64,000 nt of DNA, from the NCBI RefSeq assembly GCF_009914755.1, contig NC_060942.1. One strand, written 5' to 3'. The notes under the pieces are model-generated. The model was not told where the DNA came from, searched no databases, and saw only the letters and a list, made by a program, of their open reading frames with translations. This document shows, piece by piece, positions 41,187-53,000 of this stretch. Source of the stretch: the human T2T-CHM13v2.0 reference genome, Homo sapiens. Within the stretch, counting starts at the first letter, position 1. Each line of letters starts with the position of its first letter. Position numbers and translations under genes: made by a program.

Positions 41187-41862
41187 TTTCTTTGGAAACG
41201 GGATTACATATAAAAAGCTGACAGCAGCATTCTCAGAAAGTTCTTTGTGATGATTGCATTCAAGTCACAGAATTGAACATTCCCTTTCACAGAGCAGGTT
41301 TGAAACACTCTTTTTGTAGTGTGTGTAAGTGGACATTTGGAGCACTTTCCGGCCTAAGGTGAAAAAGGACATATCTTCCCATAAAAACTAGACAGAAGCA
41401 CTCTCAGAATCTTACTCGTGATGTGTGTCCTCAACTAAAGGAGTAGAACCTTTCTTTTCATAGAGAAGTTTTGAAACGCTCTTTTTGTGGAATCTGCAAG
41501 TGGATATTTGGCTAGTTTTGAGGATTTCGTTGGAAGCGGGAATTCATACAAATTGCAGACTGCAGCGTTCTGAGAAACATCTTTGTGATGTTTGTATTCA
41601 GGACACAGAGTTGAACATTCCCTATCATAGAGCAGGTTGGAATCACTCCTTTTGTAGTATCTGGAAGTGGACATTTGGAGCGCTTTCAGGCCTATGTTGG
41701 AAAAGGAAATATCTTCCCATAACAACTAGACAGAAGCATTCTCAGAAACTTATTTCAGATGTGTGTACTCAACTAAGAGAATTGAACCACCGTTTTGAAG
41801 GAGCAGTTTTGAAACACTCTTTTTCTGGAATCTGCAAGTGGATATTTGGCTAGATTTGAGGA
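41187..41862 (+). repeat. 4-mer structural variant (A-B, 676 bp), junction type 1
   Basis: A boxes at 41187 and 41863. The monomer ..GAACCACCG..TCTGGAATCTGCAAGTGG runs directly into an A box. Confidence 0.92.
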
Positions 41863-44581
41863 TTTCGTTGGAAACGGGATTACATATAAAAAGCAGACAG
41901 CAGCAGTCTCAGAAAGTTCTTTGTGATGATTGCATTCAAGTCACAGAATTGAACATTCCCTTTCACAGAGCAGGTTTGAAACACTCTTTTTGTAGTGTGT
42001 GTAAGTGGACATTTGGAGCGCTTTCCGGCCTAAGGCGAAAAAGGAAATATCTTCCCATAAAAACTAGACAGAAGCATTCTCAGAAACTTACTCGTGATGT
42101 GTGTCCTCAACTAAAGGAGTAGAACCTTTCTATTCATAGAGAAGTTTTGAAACGCTCTTTTTGTGGAATCTCCAAGTGGATATTTGGCTAGTTTTGAGGA
42201 TTTCGTTGGAAGCGGGAATTCATACAAATTGCAGACTGCAGCGTTCTGAGAATCATTTTGTGATGTTTGTATTCAGGACACAGAGATGAACATTCCCTAT
42301 CATAGAGCAGGTTGGAATCACTCCTTTTGTAGTATCTGGAAGTGGACATTTGGAGCGCTTTCAGGCCTATGATGAAAAAGGAAATATCTTCCCATAACAA
42401 CTAGACACAAGTATTCTCAGAAACTTGTTTGTGATGTGTGCCCTCTACTGACAGAGTTGAACCTTTCTTTTCATAGAGCAGTTTTGAAACACTCTTTTTG
42501 TAGAATCTGCAAGAGGATATTTGCATAGCTTTGAGGATTTCGTGGGAAACGGGATTGTCTTCAGGTAAAATCTAGACAGAAGCATTCTCAGAAACTCCTT
42601 TGGGATGTTTGCATTCAAGTCACAGAGTAGAACATTCCCTTTGGTAGAGCAGGTTTGAAACCCTCCTTTTGTAGTATCTGGAAGTGGACATTTGGAGCGC
42701 TTTCAGGCCCATGTTGGAAAGGGAAATATCTTCCCGTAACAACTAGGCAGAAGCATTCTCAGAAACTTATTTGAGATGTGTGTACTCAACTAAGAGAATT
42801 GAACCACCGTTTTGAAGGAGCAGTTTTGAAACACTCTTTTTCTGGAATCTGCAAGAGGATATTTGCCTAGCCTTGAGGATTTCGTTGGAAACGGGATTGT
42901 CTTGAGATAAAATCTAGACAGAAGCATTCTCAGAAACTTCTTTGGGATGTTTGCATTCAAGTCACAGAGTAGAACGTTCCCTTTGGTAGAGCAGGTTTGA
43001 AACACTCTTTTTTTAGTATATGGAAGTGGACATTTGGAGCGCTTTCAGGCCTACGTTGGAAAAGGAAATATCTTCCCATAACAACTAGACAGAAGCATTC
43101 TCAGAAACTAGTTTCTGATGTGTGTCCTCAACTAACACAGTTGAACTTTTCTTTAGACAGAACAGTTTTGAAACACTCTTTTTGTGGAATCTGCAAGTGG
43201 ATATTGGGCTAGATTTGAGGATTTCGTTGGAAACGGGATTACATATAAAAAGCAGACAGCAGCATTCTCAGAAAGTTCTTTGTGATGATTGCATTCAAGT
43301 CACAGAATTGAACATTCCCTTTCACAGAGCAGGTTTGAAACACTCTTTTTGTAGTGTGTGTAAGTGGACATTTGGAGCGCTTTCCGGCCTAAGGTGAAAA
43401 AGGAAATATCTTCCCATAAAAACTAGACAGAAGCATTCTCAGAAACTTACTCGTGATGTGTGTCCTCAACTAAAGGAGTAGAACCTTTCTATTCATAGAG
43501 AAGTTTTGAAACGCTCTTTTTGTGGAATCTCCAAGTGGATATTTGGCTAGTTTTGAGGATTTCATTGGAAGCGGGAATTCACACAAATTGCAGACTGCAG
43601 CGTTCTGAGAAACATCTTTGTGATGTTTGTATTCAGGACACAGAGATGAACATTCCCTATCATAGAGCAGGTTGGAATCACTCCTTTTGTAGTATCTGGA
43701 AGTGGACATTTGGAGCGCTTTCAGGCCTATGTTGAAAAAGGAAATATCTTCCCATAACAACTAGACACAAGCATTCTCAGAAACTTGTTTGTGATGTGTG
43801 CCCTCTACTGACAGAGTTGAACCTTTCTTTTCATAGAGCAGTTTTGAAACACTCTTTTTGTAGAATCTGCAAGAGGATATTTGCATAGCTTTGAGGATTT
43901 CGTGGGAAACGGGATTGTCTTCAGGTAAAATCTAGACAGAAGCATTCTCAGAAACTTCTTTGGGATGTTTGCATTCAAGTCACAGAGTAGAACATTCCCT
44001 TTGGTAGAGCAGGTTTGAAACCCTCTTTTTGTAGTATCTGGAAGTGGACATTTGGAGCACTTTCAGGCCCATGTTGGAAAGGGAAATATCTTCCCGTAAC
44101 AACTAGGCAGAAGCATTCTCAGAAACTTATTTGAGATGTGTGTACTCAACTAAGAGAATTGAACCACCGTTTTCAAGGAGCAGTTTTGAAACACTCTTTT
44201 TCTGGAATCTGCAAGAGTATATTTGCCTAGCCTTGAGGATTTCGTTGGAAACGGGATTGTCTTCAGATCAAATCTAGACAGAAGCATTCTCAGAAACTTC
44301 TTTGGGATGTTTGCATTCAAGTCACAGAGTAGAAAATTCCCTTTGGTAGAGCAGGTTTGAAACACTCTTTTTTTAGTATATGGAAGTGGACATTTGGAGC
44401 GCTTTCAGGCCTACGTTGGAAAAGGAAATATCTTCCCATAACAACTAGACAGAAGCATTCTCAGAAACTAGTTTCTGATGTGTGTCCTCAACTAACACAG
44501 TTGTACATTTCTTTAGACAGAACAGTTTTGAAACACTCTTTTGGTGGAATCTGCAAGTGGATATTTGGCTAGATTTGAGGA
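41863..44581 (+). repeat. Two 8-mer HOR units (1359 and 1360 bp)
   Basis: A boxes at 41863, 43222, 44582, with a small indel near 42251-42258. Confidence 0.92.
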
Positions 44582-45257
44582 TTTCGTTGGAAATGGGATT
44601 ACATATAAAAAGCAGTCAGCAGCATTCTCAGAAAGTTCTTTGTGATGATTGCATTCAAGTCACAGAATTGAACATTCCCTTTCACAGAGCAGGTTTGAAA
44701 CACTCTTTTTGTAGTGTGTGTAAGTGGACATTTGGAGCGCTTTCCGGCCTAAGGTGAAAAAGGAAATATCTTCCCATAAAAACTAGACAGAAGCATTCTC
44801 AGAAACTTACTCGTGATGTGTGTCCTCAACTAAAGGAGTAGAACCTTTCTCTTCATAGAGAAGTTTTGAAACGCTCTTTTTGTGGAATCTCCAAGTGGAT
44901 ATTTGGCTAGTTTTGAGGATTTCGTTGGAAGCGGGAATTCATACAAATTGCAGACTGCAGCGTTGTGAGAAACAACTTTGTGATGTTTGTATTCAGGACA
45001 CAGAGATGAACATTCCCTATCATAGAGCATGTTGGAATCACTCCTTTTGTAGTATCTGGAAATGGACATTTGGAGCGCTTTCAGGCCTATGTTGAAAAAG
45101 GAAATATCTTCCCATAACAACTAGACACAAGCATTCTCAGAAACTTGTTTGTGATGTGTGCCCTCTACTGACAGAGTTGAAACTTTCTTTTCATAGAGCA
45201 GTTTTGAAACACTCTTTTTGTAGAATCTGCAAGAGGATATTTGCATAGGTTTGAGGA
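44582..45257 (+). repeat. 4-mer structural variant (676 bp), junction type 2
   Basis: The pre-C monomer (GTGCCCTCTA..CAAGAGGATATTTGCATAG) is fused to an A box (GGGATTACATA) at 45258, so 684 bp (C+D) are missing. Confidence 0.92.
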
Positions 45258-46617
45258 TTTCGTTGGAAACGGGATTACATATAAAAAGCAGACAGCAGCA
45301 TTCTCAGAAAGTTCTTTGTGATGATTGCATTCAAGTCACAGAATTGAACATTGCCTTTCACAGAACAGGTTTGAAACACTCTTTTTGTAGTGTGTGTAAG
45401 TGGACATTTGGAGCGCTTTCCGGCCTAAGGTGAAAAAGGAAATATCTTCCCATAAAAACTAGACAGAAGCATTCTCAGAAACTTACTCGTGATGTGTGTC
45501 CTCAACTAAAGGAGTAGAACCTTTCTATTCATAGAGAAGTTTTGAAACGCTCTTTTTGTGGAATCTCCAAGTGGATATTTGGCTAGTTTTGAGGATTTCG
45601 TTGGAAGCGGGAATTCATACAAATTGCAGACTGCAGCGTTATGAGAAACATCTTTGTGATGTTTGTATTCAGGACACAGAGTTGAACATTCCCTATCATA
45701 GAGCAGGTTGGAATCACTCCTTTTGTAGTATCTGGAAGTGGACATTTGGAGCGCTTTCAGGCCTATGTTGAAAAAGGAAATATCTTCCCATAACAACTAG
45801 ACACAAGCATTCTCAGAAACTTGTTTGTGATGTGTGACCTCTACTGACAGAGTTGAACCTTTCTTTTCATAGAGCAGTTTTGAAACACTCTTTTTGTAAA
45901 ATCTGCAAGAGGATATTTGCATAGCTTTGAGGATTTCGTGGGAAACGGGATTGTCTTCAGGTAAAATCTAGACAGAAGCATTCTCAGAAACTTCTTTGTG
46001 ATGTTTGCATTCAAGTCACAGAGTAGAACATTCCCTTTGGTAGAGCAGGTTTGAAACCCTATTTTTGTAGTATCTGGAAGTGGACATTTGGAGCGCTATC
46101 AGGCCCATGTTGGAAAGGGAAATATCTTCCCGTAACAACTAGGCAGAAGCATTCTCAGAAACTTATTTGAGATGTGTGTACTCAACTAAGAGAATTGAAC
46201 CACCGTTTTGAAGGAGCAGTTTTGAAACACTCTTTTTCTGGAATCTGCAAGAGTATATTTGCCTAGCCTTGAGGATTTCGTTGGAAACGGGATTGTCTTC
46301 AGATAAAATCTAGACAGAAGCATTCTCAGAAACTTCTTTGGGATGTTTGCATTCAAGTCACAGAGTAGAACATTCCCTTTGGTAGAGCAGGTTTGAAACA
46401 CTCTTTTTTTAGTATATGGAAGTGGACATTTGGAGCGCTTTCAGGCCTACGTTAGAAAAGGAAATATCTTCCCATAACAACTAGACAGAAGCATTCTCAG
46501 AAACTACTTTCTGATGTGTGTCCTCAACTAACACAGTTGTACATTTCTTTAGACAGAACAGTTTTGAAACACTCTTTTGGTGGAATCTGCAAGTGGCTAT
46601 TTGGCTAGATTTGAGGA
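45258..46617 (+). repeat. 8-mer HOR unit
   Basis: A boxes at 45258 and 46618. Confidence 0.92.
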
Positions 46618-48319
46618 TTTCGTTGGAAACGGGATTACATATAAAAAGCAGTCAGCAGCATTCTCAGAAAGTTCTTTGTGATGATTGCATTCAAGTCACA
46701 GAATTGAACATTCCCTTTCACAGAGCAGGTTTGAAACACTCTTTTTGTAGTGTGTGTAAGTGGACATTTGGAGCGCTTTCCGGCCTAAGGTGAAAAAGGA
46801 AATATCTTCCCATAAAAACTAGACAGAAGCATTCTCAGAAACTTACTCGTGATGTGTGTCCTCAACTAAAGGAGTAGAACCTTTCTATTCATAGAGAAGT
46901 TTTGAAACGCTCTTTTTGTGGAATCTCCAAGTGGATATTTGGCTAGTTTTGAGGATTTCATTGGAAGCGGGAATTCACACAAATTGCAGACTGCAGCGTT
47001 CTGAGAAACATCTTTGTGATGTTTGTATTCAGGACACAGAGATGAACATTCCCTATCATAGAGCAGGTTGGAATCACTCCTTTTGTAGTATCTGGAAGTG
47101 GACATTTGGAGCGCTTTGAGGCCTATGTTGAAAAAGGAAATATCTTCCCATAACAACTAGACACAAGCATTCTCAGAAACTTGTTTGTGATGTGTGCCCT
47201 CTACTGACAGAGTTGAACCTTTCTTTTCATAGAGCAGTTTTGAAACACTCTTTTTGTAGAATCTGCAAGAGGATATTTGCATAGCTTTGAGGATTTCGTG
47301 GGAAACGGGATTGTCTTCAGGTAAAATCTAGACAGAAGCATTCTCAGAAACTTCTTTGGGATGTTTGCATTCAAGTCACAGAGTAGAACATTCCCTTTGG
47401 TAGAGCAGGTTTGAAAACCTCTTTTGGTAGTATCTGGAAGTGGACATTTGGAGCGCTATCAGGCCCATGTTGGAAAGGGAAATATCTTCCCGTAACAACT
47501 AGGCAGAAGCATTCTCAGAAACTTATTTGAGATGTGTGTACTCAACTAAGAGAATTGAACCACCGTTTTGAAGGAGCAGTTTTGAAACACTCTTTTTCTG
47601 GAATCTGCAAGAGTATATTTGCCTAGCCTTGAGGATTTCGTTGGAAACGGGATTGTCTTCAGATAAAATCTAGACAGAAGCATTCTCAGAAACTTCTTTG
47701 GGATGTTTGCATTCAAGTCACAGAGTAGAACATTCCCTTTGGTAGAGCAGGTTTGAAACACTCTTTTTGTAGTATCTGGAAGTGGACATTTGGAGCGCTT
47801 TCAGGCCCATGTTGGAAAGGGAAATATCTTCCCGTAACAACTAGGCAGAAGCATTCTCAGAAACTTATTTGAGATGTGTGTACTCAAGTAAGAGAATTGA
47901 ACCACCGTTTTGAAGGAGCAGTTTTGAAACACTCTTTTTCTGGAATCTGCAAGAGGATATTTGCCTAGCCTTGAGGATTTCGTTGGAAACGGGATTGTCT
48001 TCAGATCAAATCTAGACAGAAGCATTCTCAGAAACTTCTTTGGGATGTTTGCATTCAAGTCACAGAGTAGAACGTTCCCTTTGGTAGAGCAGGTTTCAAA
48101 CACTCTTTTTTTAGTATATGGAAGTGGACATTTGGAGCGCTTTCAGGCCTACGTTGGAAAAGGAAATATCTTCCCATAACAACTAGACAGAAGCATTCTC
48201 AGAAACTAGTTTCTGATGTGTGTCCTCAACTAACACAGTTGAACTTTTCTTTAGACAGAACAGTTTTGAAACACTCTTTTTGTGGAATCTGCAAGTGGAT
48301 ATTTGGCTAGATTTGAGGA
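46618..48319 (+). repeat. 10-mer variant (1702 bp; extra D/C hybrid dimer)
   Basis: A boxes at 46618 and 48320. The D box near 47636 is followed by a C-type tail (TTTTGTAGTATCTGG..CCCATGTTGGAAAGGG) and then a second D dimer. Confidence 0.9.
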
Positions 48320-50016
48320 TTTCGTTGGAAACGGGATTACATATAAAAAGCAGACAGCAGCATTCTCAGAAAGTTCTTTGTGATGATTGCATTCAAGTCA
48401 CAGAATTGAACATTGCCTTTCACAGAGCAGGTTTGAAACACTCTTTTTGTAGTGTGTGTAAGTGGACATTTGGAGCGCTTTCCGGCCTAAGGTGAAAAAG
48501 GAAATATCTTCCCATAAAAACTAGACAGAAGCATTCTCAGAAACTTACTCGTGATGTGTGTCCTCAACTAAAGGAGTAGAACCTTTCTATTCATAGAGAA
48601 GTTTTGAAACGCTCTTTTTCTGGAATCTGCAAGTGGATATTTGGCTAGCTTTGGGGATTTCGCTGGAAGCGGGAATACATATAAAAAGCACACAGCAGCG
48701 TTCTGAGAAACTGCTTTCTGATGTTCGCATTCAAGTCAAAAGTTGAACACTCCCTTTCATAGGGCAGTCTTGAAACACCCCTTTTGTAGTATCTGGAACT
48801 GGACTTTTGGAGCGATTTCAGGGCTAAGGTGAAAAAGGAAATATCTTCCCATAAAAACTGGACAGAAGCATTCTCAGAAACTTGTTTATGCTGTATCTAC
48901 TCAACTAACAAAGTTGAACCTTTCTTTTGATAGAGCAGTTTTGAAATGCTCTTTTTGTGGAATCTGCAAGTGGATATTTGGCTAGTTTTGAGGATTTCGT
49001 TGGAAGCGGGAATTCATACAAATTGCAGACTGCAGCGTTCTGAGAAACATCTTTGTGATGTTTGTATTCAGGACACAGAGTTGAACATTCCCTATCATAG
49101 AGCAGGTTGGAATCACTCCTTTTGTAGTATCTGGAAGTGGACATTTGGAGCGCTTTCAGGCCTATTTTGGAAAGGGAAATATCTTCCCGTAACAACTATG
49201 CAGAAGCATTCTCAGAAACTTGTTTGTGATGTGTGCCCTCTACTGACAGAGTTGAACCTTTCTTTTCATAGAGCAGTTTTGAAACACTCTTTTTGTAGAA
49301 TCTGCAAGAGGTTATTTGCATAGCTTTGAGGATTTCGTGGGAAACGGGATTGTCTTCAGGTAAAATCTAGACAGAAGCATTCTCAGAAACTTCTTTGGGA
49401 TGTTTGCATTCAAGTCACAGAGTAGAACATTCCCTTTGGTAGAGCAGGTTTGAAACACTCTTTTTGTAGTATCTGGAAGTGGACATTTGGAGCGCTTTCA
49501 GGCCCATGTTGGAAAGGGAAATATCTTCCCGTAACAACTAGGCAGAAGCATTCTCAGAAACTTATTTGAGATGTGTGTACTCAACTAAGAGAATTGAACC
49601 ACCGTTTTGAAGGAGCAGTTTTGAAACACTCTTTTTCTGGATTCTGCAAGAATATATTTGCCTAGCCTTGAGGATTTCGTTGGAAACGGGATTGTCTTCA
49701 GATAAAATCTAGACAGAAGCATTCTCAGAAACTTCTTTGGGATGTTTGCATTCAAGTCACAGAGTAGAACATTCTCTTTGGTAGAGCAGGTTTGAAACAC
49801 TCTTTTTTTAGTATATGGAAGTGGACATTTGGAGCGCTTTCAGGCCTACTTTGGAAAAGGAAATATCTTCCCATAACAACTAGACAGAAGTATTCTCAGA
49901 AACTAGTTTCTGATGTGTGTCCTCAACTAACACAGTTGTACATTTCTTTAGACAGAACAGTTTTGAAACACTCTTTTTGTGGAATCTGCAAGTGGATATT
50001 TGGCTAGATTTGAGGA
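48320..50016 (+). repeat. 10-mer variant A-E-B'-C-D (1697 bp = 12-mer minus B dimer)
   Basis: A box at 48320, first E box at 48658, next A at 50017; 2035-338=1697. Confidence 0.9.
48658..48674 (+). promoter_or_regulatory. CENP-B box, E type (12-mer-specific dimer; first occurrence)
   Basis: TTTCGCTGGAAGCGGGA with core intact. It recurs at ~50693 (mutated), 52728, 56123, 58158, 60192 and 62227. Confidence 0.9.
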
Positions 50017-53000
50017 TTTCGTTGGAAACGGGATTACATATAAAAAGCAGTCAGCAGCATTCTCAGAAAGTTCTTTGTGATGATTGTATTCAAGTCACAG
50101 AATTGAACATTCCCTTTCACAGAGCAGGTTTGAAACACACTTTTTGTAGTATGTGTAAGTGGACATTTGGAGCGCTTTCTGGCCTAAGGTGAAAAAGGAA
50201 ATATCTTCCCATAAAAACTAGACAGAAGCATTCTCAGAAACTTACTCGTGATGTGTGTCCTCAACTAAAGGAGTAGAACCTTTCTTTTCATAGAGAAGTT
50301 TTGAAACGCTCTTTTTGTGGAATCTGCAAGTGGATATTTGGCTAGTTTTGAGGATTTCGTTGGAAGCGGGAATTCATACAAATTGCAGACTGCAGCGTTC
50401 TGAGAAACATCTTTGTGATGTTTGTATTCAGGACACAGAGTTGAATATTCCCTATCATAGAGCAGGTTTGAATCACTCCTTTTGTAGTATCTGGAAGTGG
50501 ACATTTGGAGCGCTTTCAGGCCTATGTTGGAAAAGGAAATATCTTCCCATAACAACTAGACAGAAGCATTCTCAGAAACTTATTTGAGATGTGTGTACTC
50601 AACTAAGAGAATTGAACCACCGTTTTGAAGGAGCAGTTTTGAAACTCTCTTTTTCTGGAATCTGCAAGTGGATATTTGGCTAGCTTTGGGGATTTGGCTG
50701 GAAGCGGGAATACATATAAAAAGCACACAGCTGCGTTCTGAGAAACTGCTTTCTGATGTTTGCATTCAAGTCAAAAGTTGAACACTCCCTTTCATAGAGC
50801 AGTCTTGAAACACCCCTTTTGTAGTATCTGGAACTGGACTTTTGGAGCGATTTCAGGGCTAAGGTGAAAAAGGAAATATCTTCCCATAAAAACTGGACAG
50901 AAGCATTCTCAGAAACTTGTTTATGCTGTATCTACTCAACTAACAAAGTTGAACCTTTCTTTTGATAGAGCAGTTTTGAAATGGTCTTTTTGTGGAATCT
51001 GCAAGTGGATATTTGGCTAGTTTTGAGGATTTCGTTGGAAGCGGGAATTCATACAAATTGCAGACTGCAGCGTTCTGAGAAACATCTTTGTGATGTTTGT
51101 ATTCAGGACACAGAGTTGAACATTCCCTATCATAGAGCAGGTTGGAATCACTCCTTTTGTAGTATCTGGAAGTGGACATTTGGAGCGCTTTCAGGCCTAT
51201 TTTGGAAAGGGAAATATCTTCCCGTAACAACTATGCAGAAGCATTCTCAGAAACTTGTTTGTGATGTGTGCCCTCTACTGACAGAGTTGAACCTTTCTTT
51301 TCATAGAGCAGTTTTGAAACACTCTTTTTGCAGAATCTGCAAGAGGATATTTGCATAGCTTTGAGGATTTCGTGGGAAACGGGATTGTCTTCAGGTAAAA
51401 TCTAGACAGAAGCATTCTCAGAAACTTCTTTGGGATGTTTGCATTCAAGTCACAGAGTAGAACATTCCCTTTGGTAGAGCAGGTTTGAAACACTCTTTTT
51501 GTAGTATCTGGAAGTGGACATTTGGAGCGCTTTCAGGCCCATGTTGGAAAGGGAAATATCTTCCCGTAACAACTAGGCAGAAGCATTCTCAGAAACTTAT
51601 TTGAGATGTGTGTACTCAACTAAGAGAATTGAACCACCGTTTTGAAGGAGCAGTTTTGAAACACTCTTTTTCTGGAATCTGCAAGAGTATATCTTCCTAG
51701 CTTTGTGGATTTCGTTGGAAACGGGATTGTCTTCAGATAAAATCTAGACAGAAGCATTCTCAGAAACTTCTTTGGGATGTTTGCATTCAAGTCACAGAGT
51801 AGAACATTCCCTTTGGTAGAGCAGGTTTGAAACACTCTTTTTTTAGTATATGGAAGTGGACATTTTGATCGCTTTGAGGCCTACGTTGGAAAAGGAAATA
51901 TCTTCCCATAACAACTAGACAGAAGCATTCTCAGAAACTAGTTTCTGATGTGTGTCCTCAACTAACACAGTTGAACATTTCTTTAGACAGAACAGTTTTG
52001 AAACACTCTTTTTGTGGAATCTGCAAGTGGCTATTTGGCTAGATTTGAGGATTTCGTTGGAAACGGGATTCCATATAAAAAGCAGTCAGCAGCATTCTCA
52101 GAAAGTTCTTTGTGATGATTGCATTCAAGTCACAGAATTGAACATTCCCTTTCACAGAGCAGGTTTGAAACACACTTTTTGTAGTGTGTGTAAGTGGACA
52201 TTTGGAGCGCTTTCTGGCCTAAGGTGAAAAAGGAAATATCTTCCCATAAAAACTAGACAGAAGCATTCTCAGAAACTTACTCGTGATGTGTGTCCTCAAC
52301 TAAAGGAGTAGAACCTTTCTTTTCATAGAGAAGTTTTGAAACGCTCTTTTTGTGGAATCTGCAAGTGGATATTTGGCTAGTTTTGAGGATTTCGTTGGAA
52401 GCGGGAATTCATACAAATTGCAGACTGCAGCGTTCTGAGAAACATCTTTGTGATGTTTGTATTCAGGACACAGATTTGAACATTCCCTATCATAGAGCAG
52501 GTTTGAATCACTCGTTTTGTAGTATCTGGAAGTGGACATTTGGAGCGCTTTCAGGCCTATGTTGGAAAAGGAAATATCTTCCCATAACAACTAGACAGAA
52601 GCATTCTCAGAAACTTATTTGAGATGTGTGTACTCAACTAAGAGAATTGAACCACCGTTTTGAAGGAGCAGTTTTGAAGCACTCTTTTTCTGGAATCTGC
52701 AAGTGGATATTTGGCTAGCTTTGGGGATTTCGCTGGACGCGGGAATACATATAAAAAGCACACAGCAGCGTTCTGAGAAACTGCTTTCTGATGTTTGCAT
52801 TCAAGTCAAAAGTTGAACACTCCCTTTCATAGAGCAGTCTTGAAACACCCCTTTTGTAGTATCTGGAACTGGACTTTTGGAGCGATTTCAGGGCTAAGGT
52901 GAAAAAGGAAATATCTTCCCATAAAAACTGGACAGAAGCATTCTCAGAAACTTGTTTATGCTGTATCTACTCAACTAACAAAGTTGAACCTTTCTTTTGA

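Noticed and set aside
37105-52744. Variant CENP-B boxes at 37105 (GGATGCGGG), 40163 (TTCGCGGG) and 52728 (GGACGCGGG)
   Set aside because: The changes fall in non-core positions, so they were not counted as damaged.
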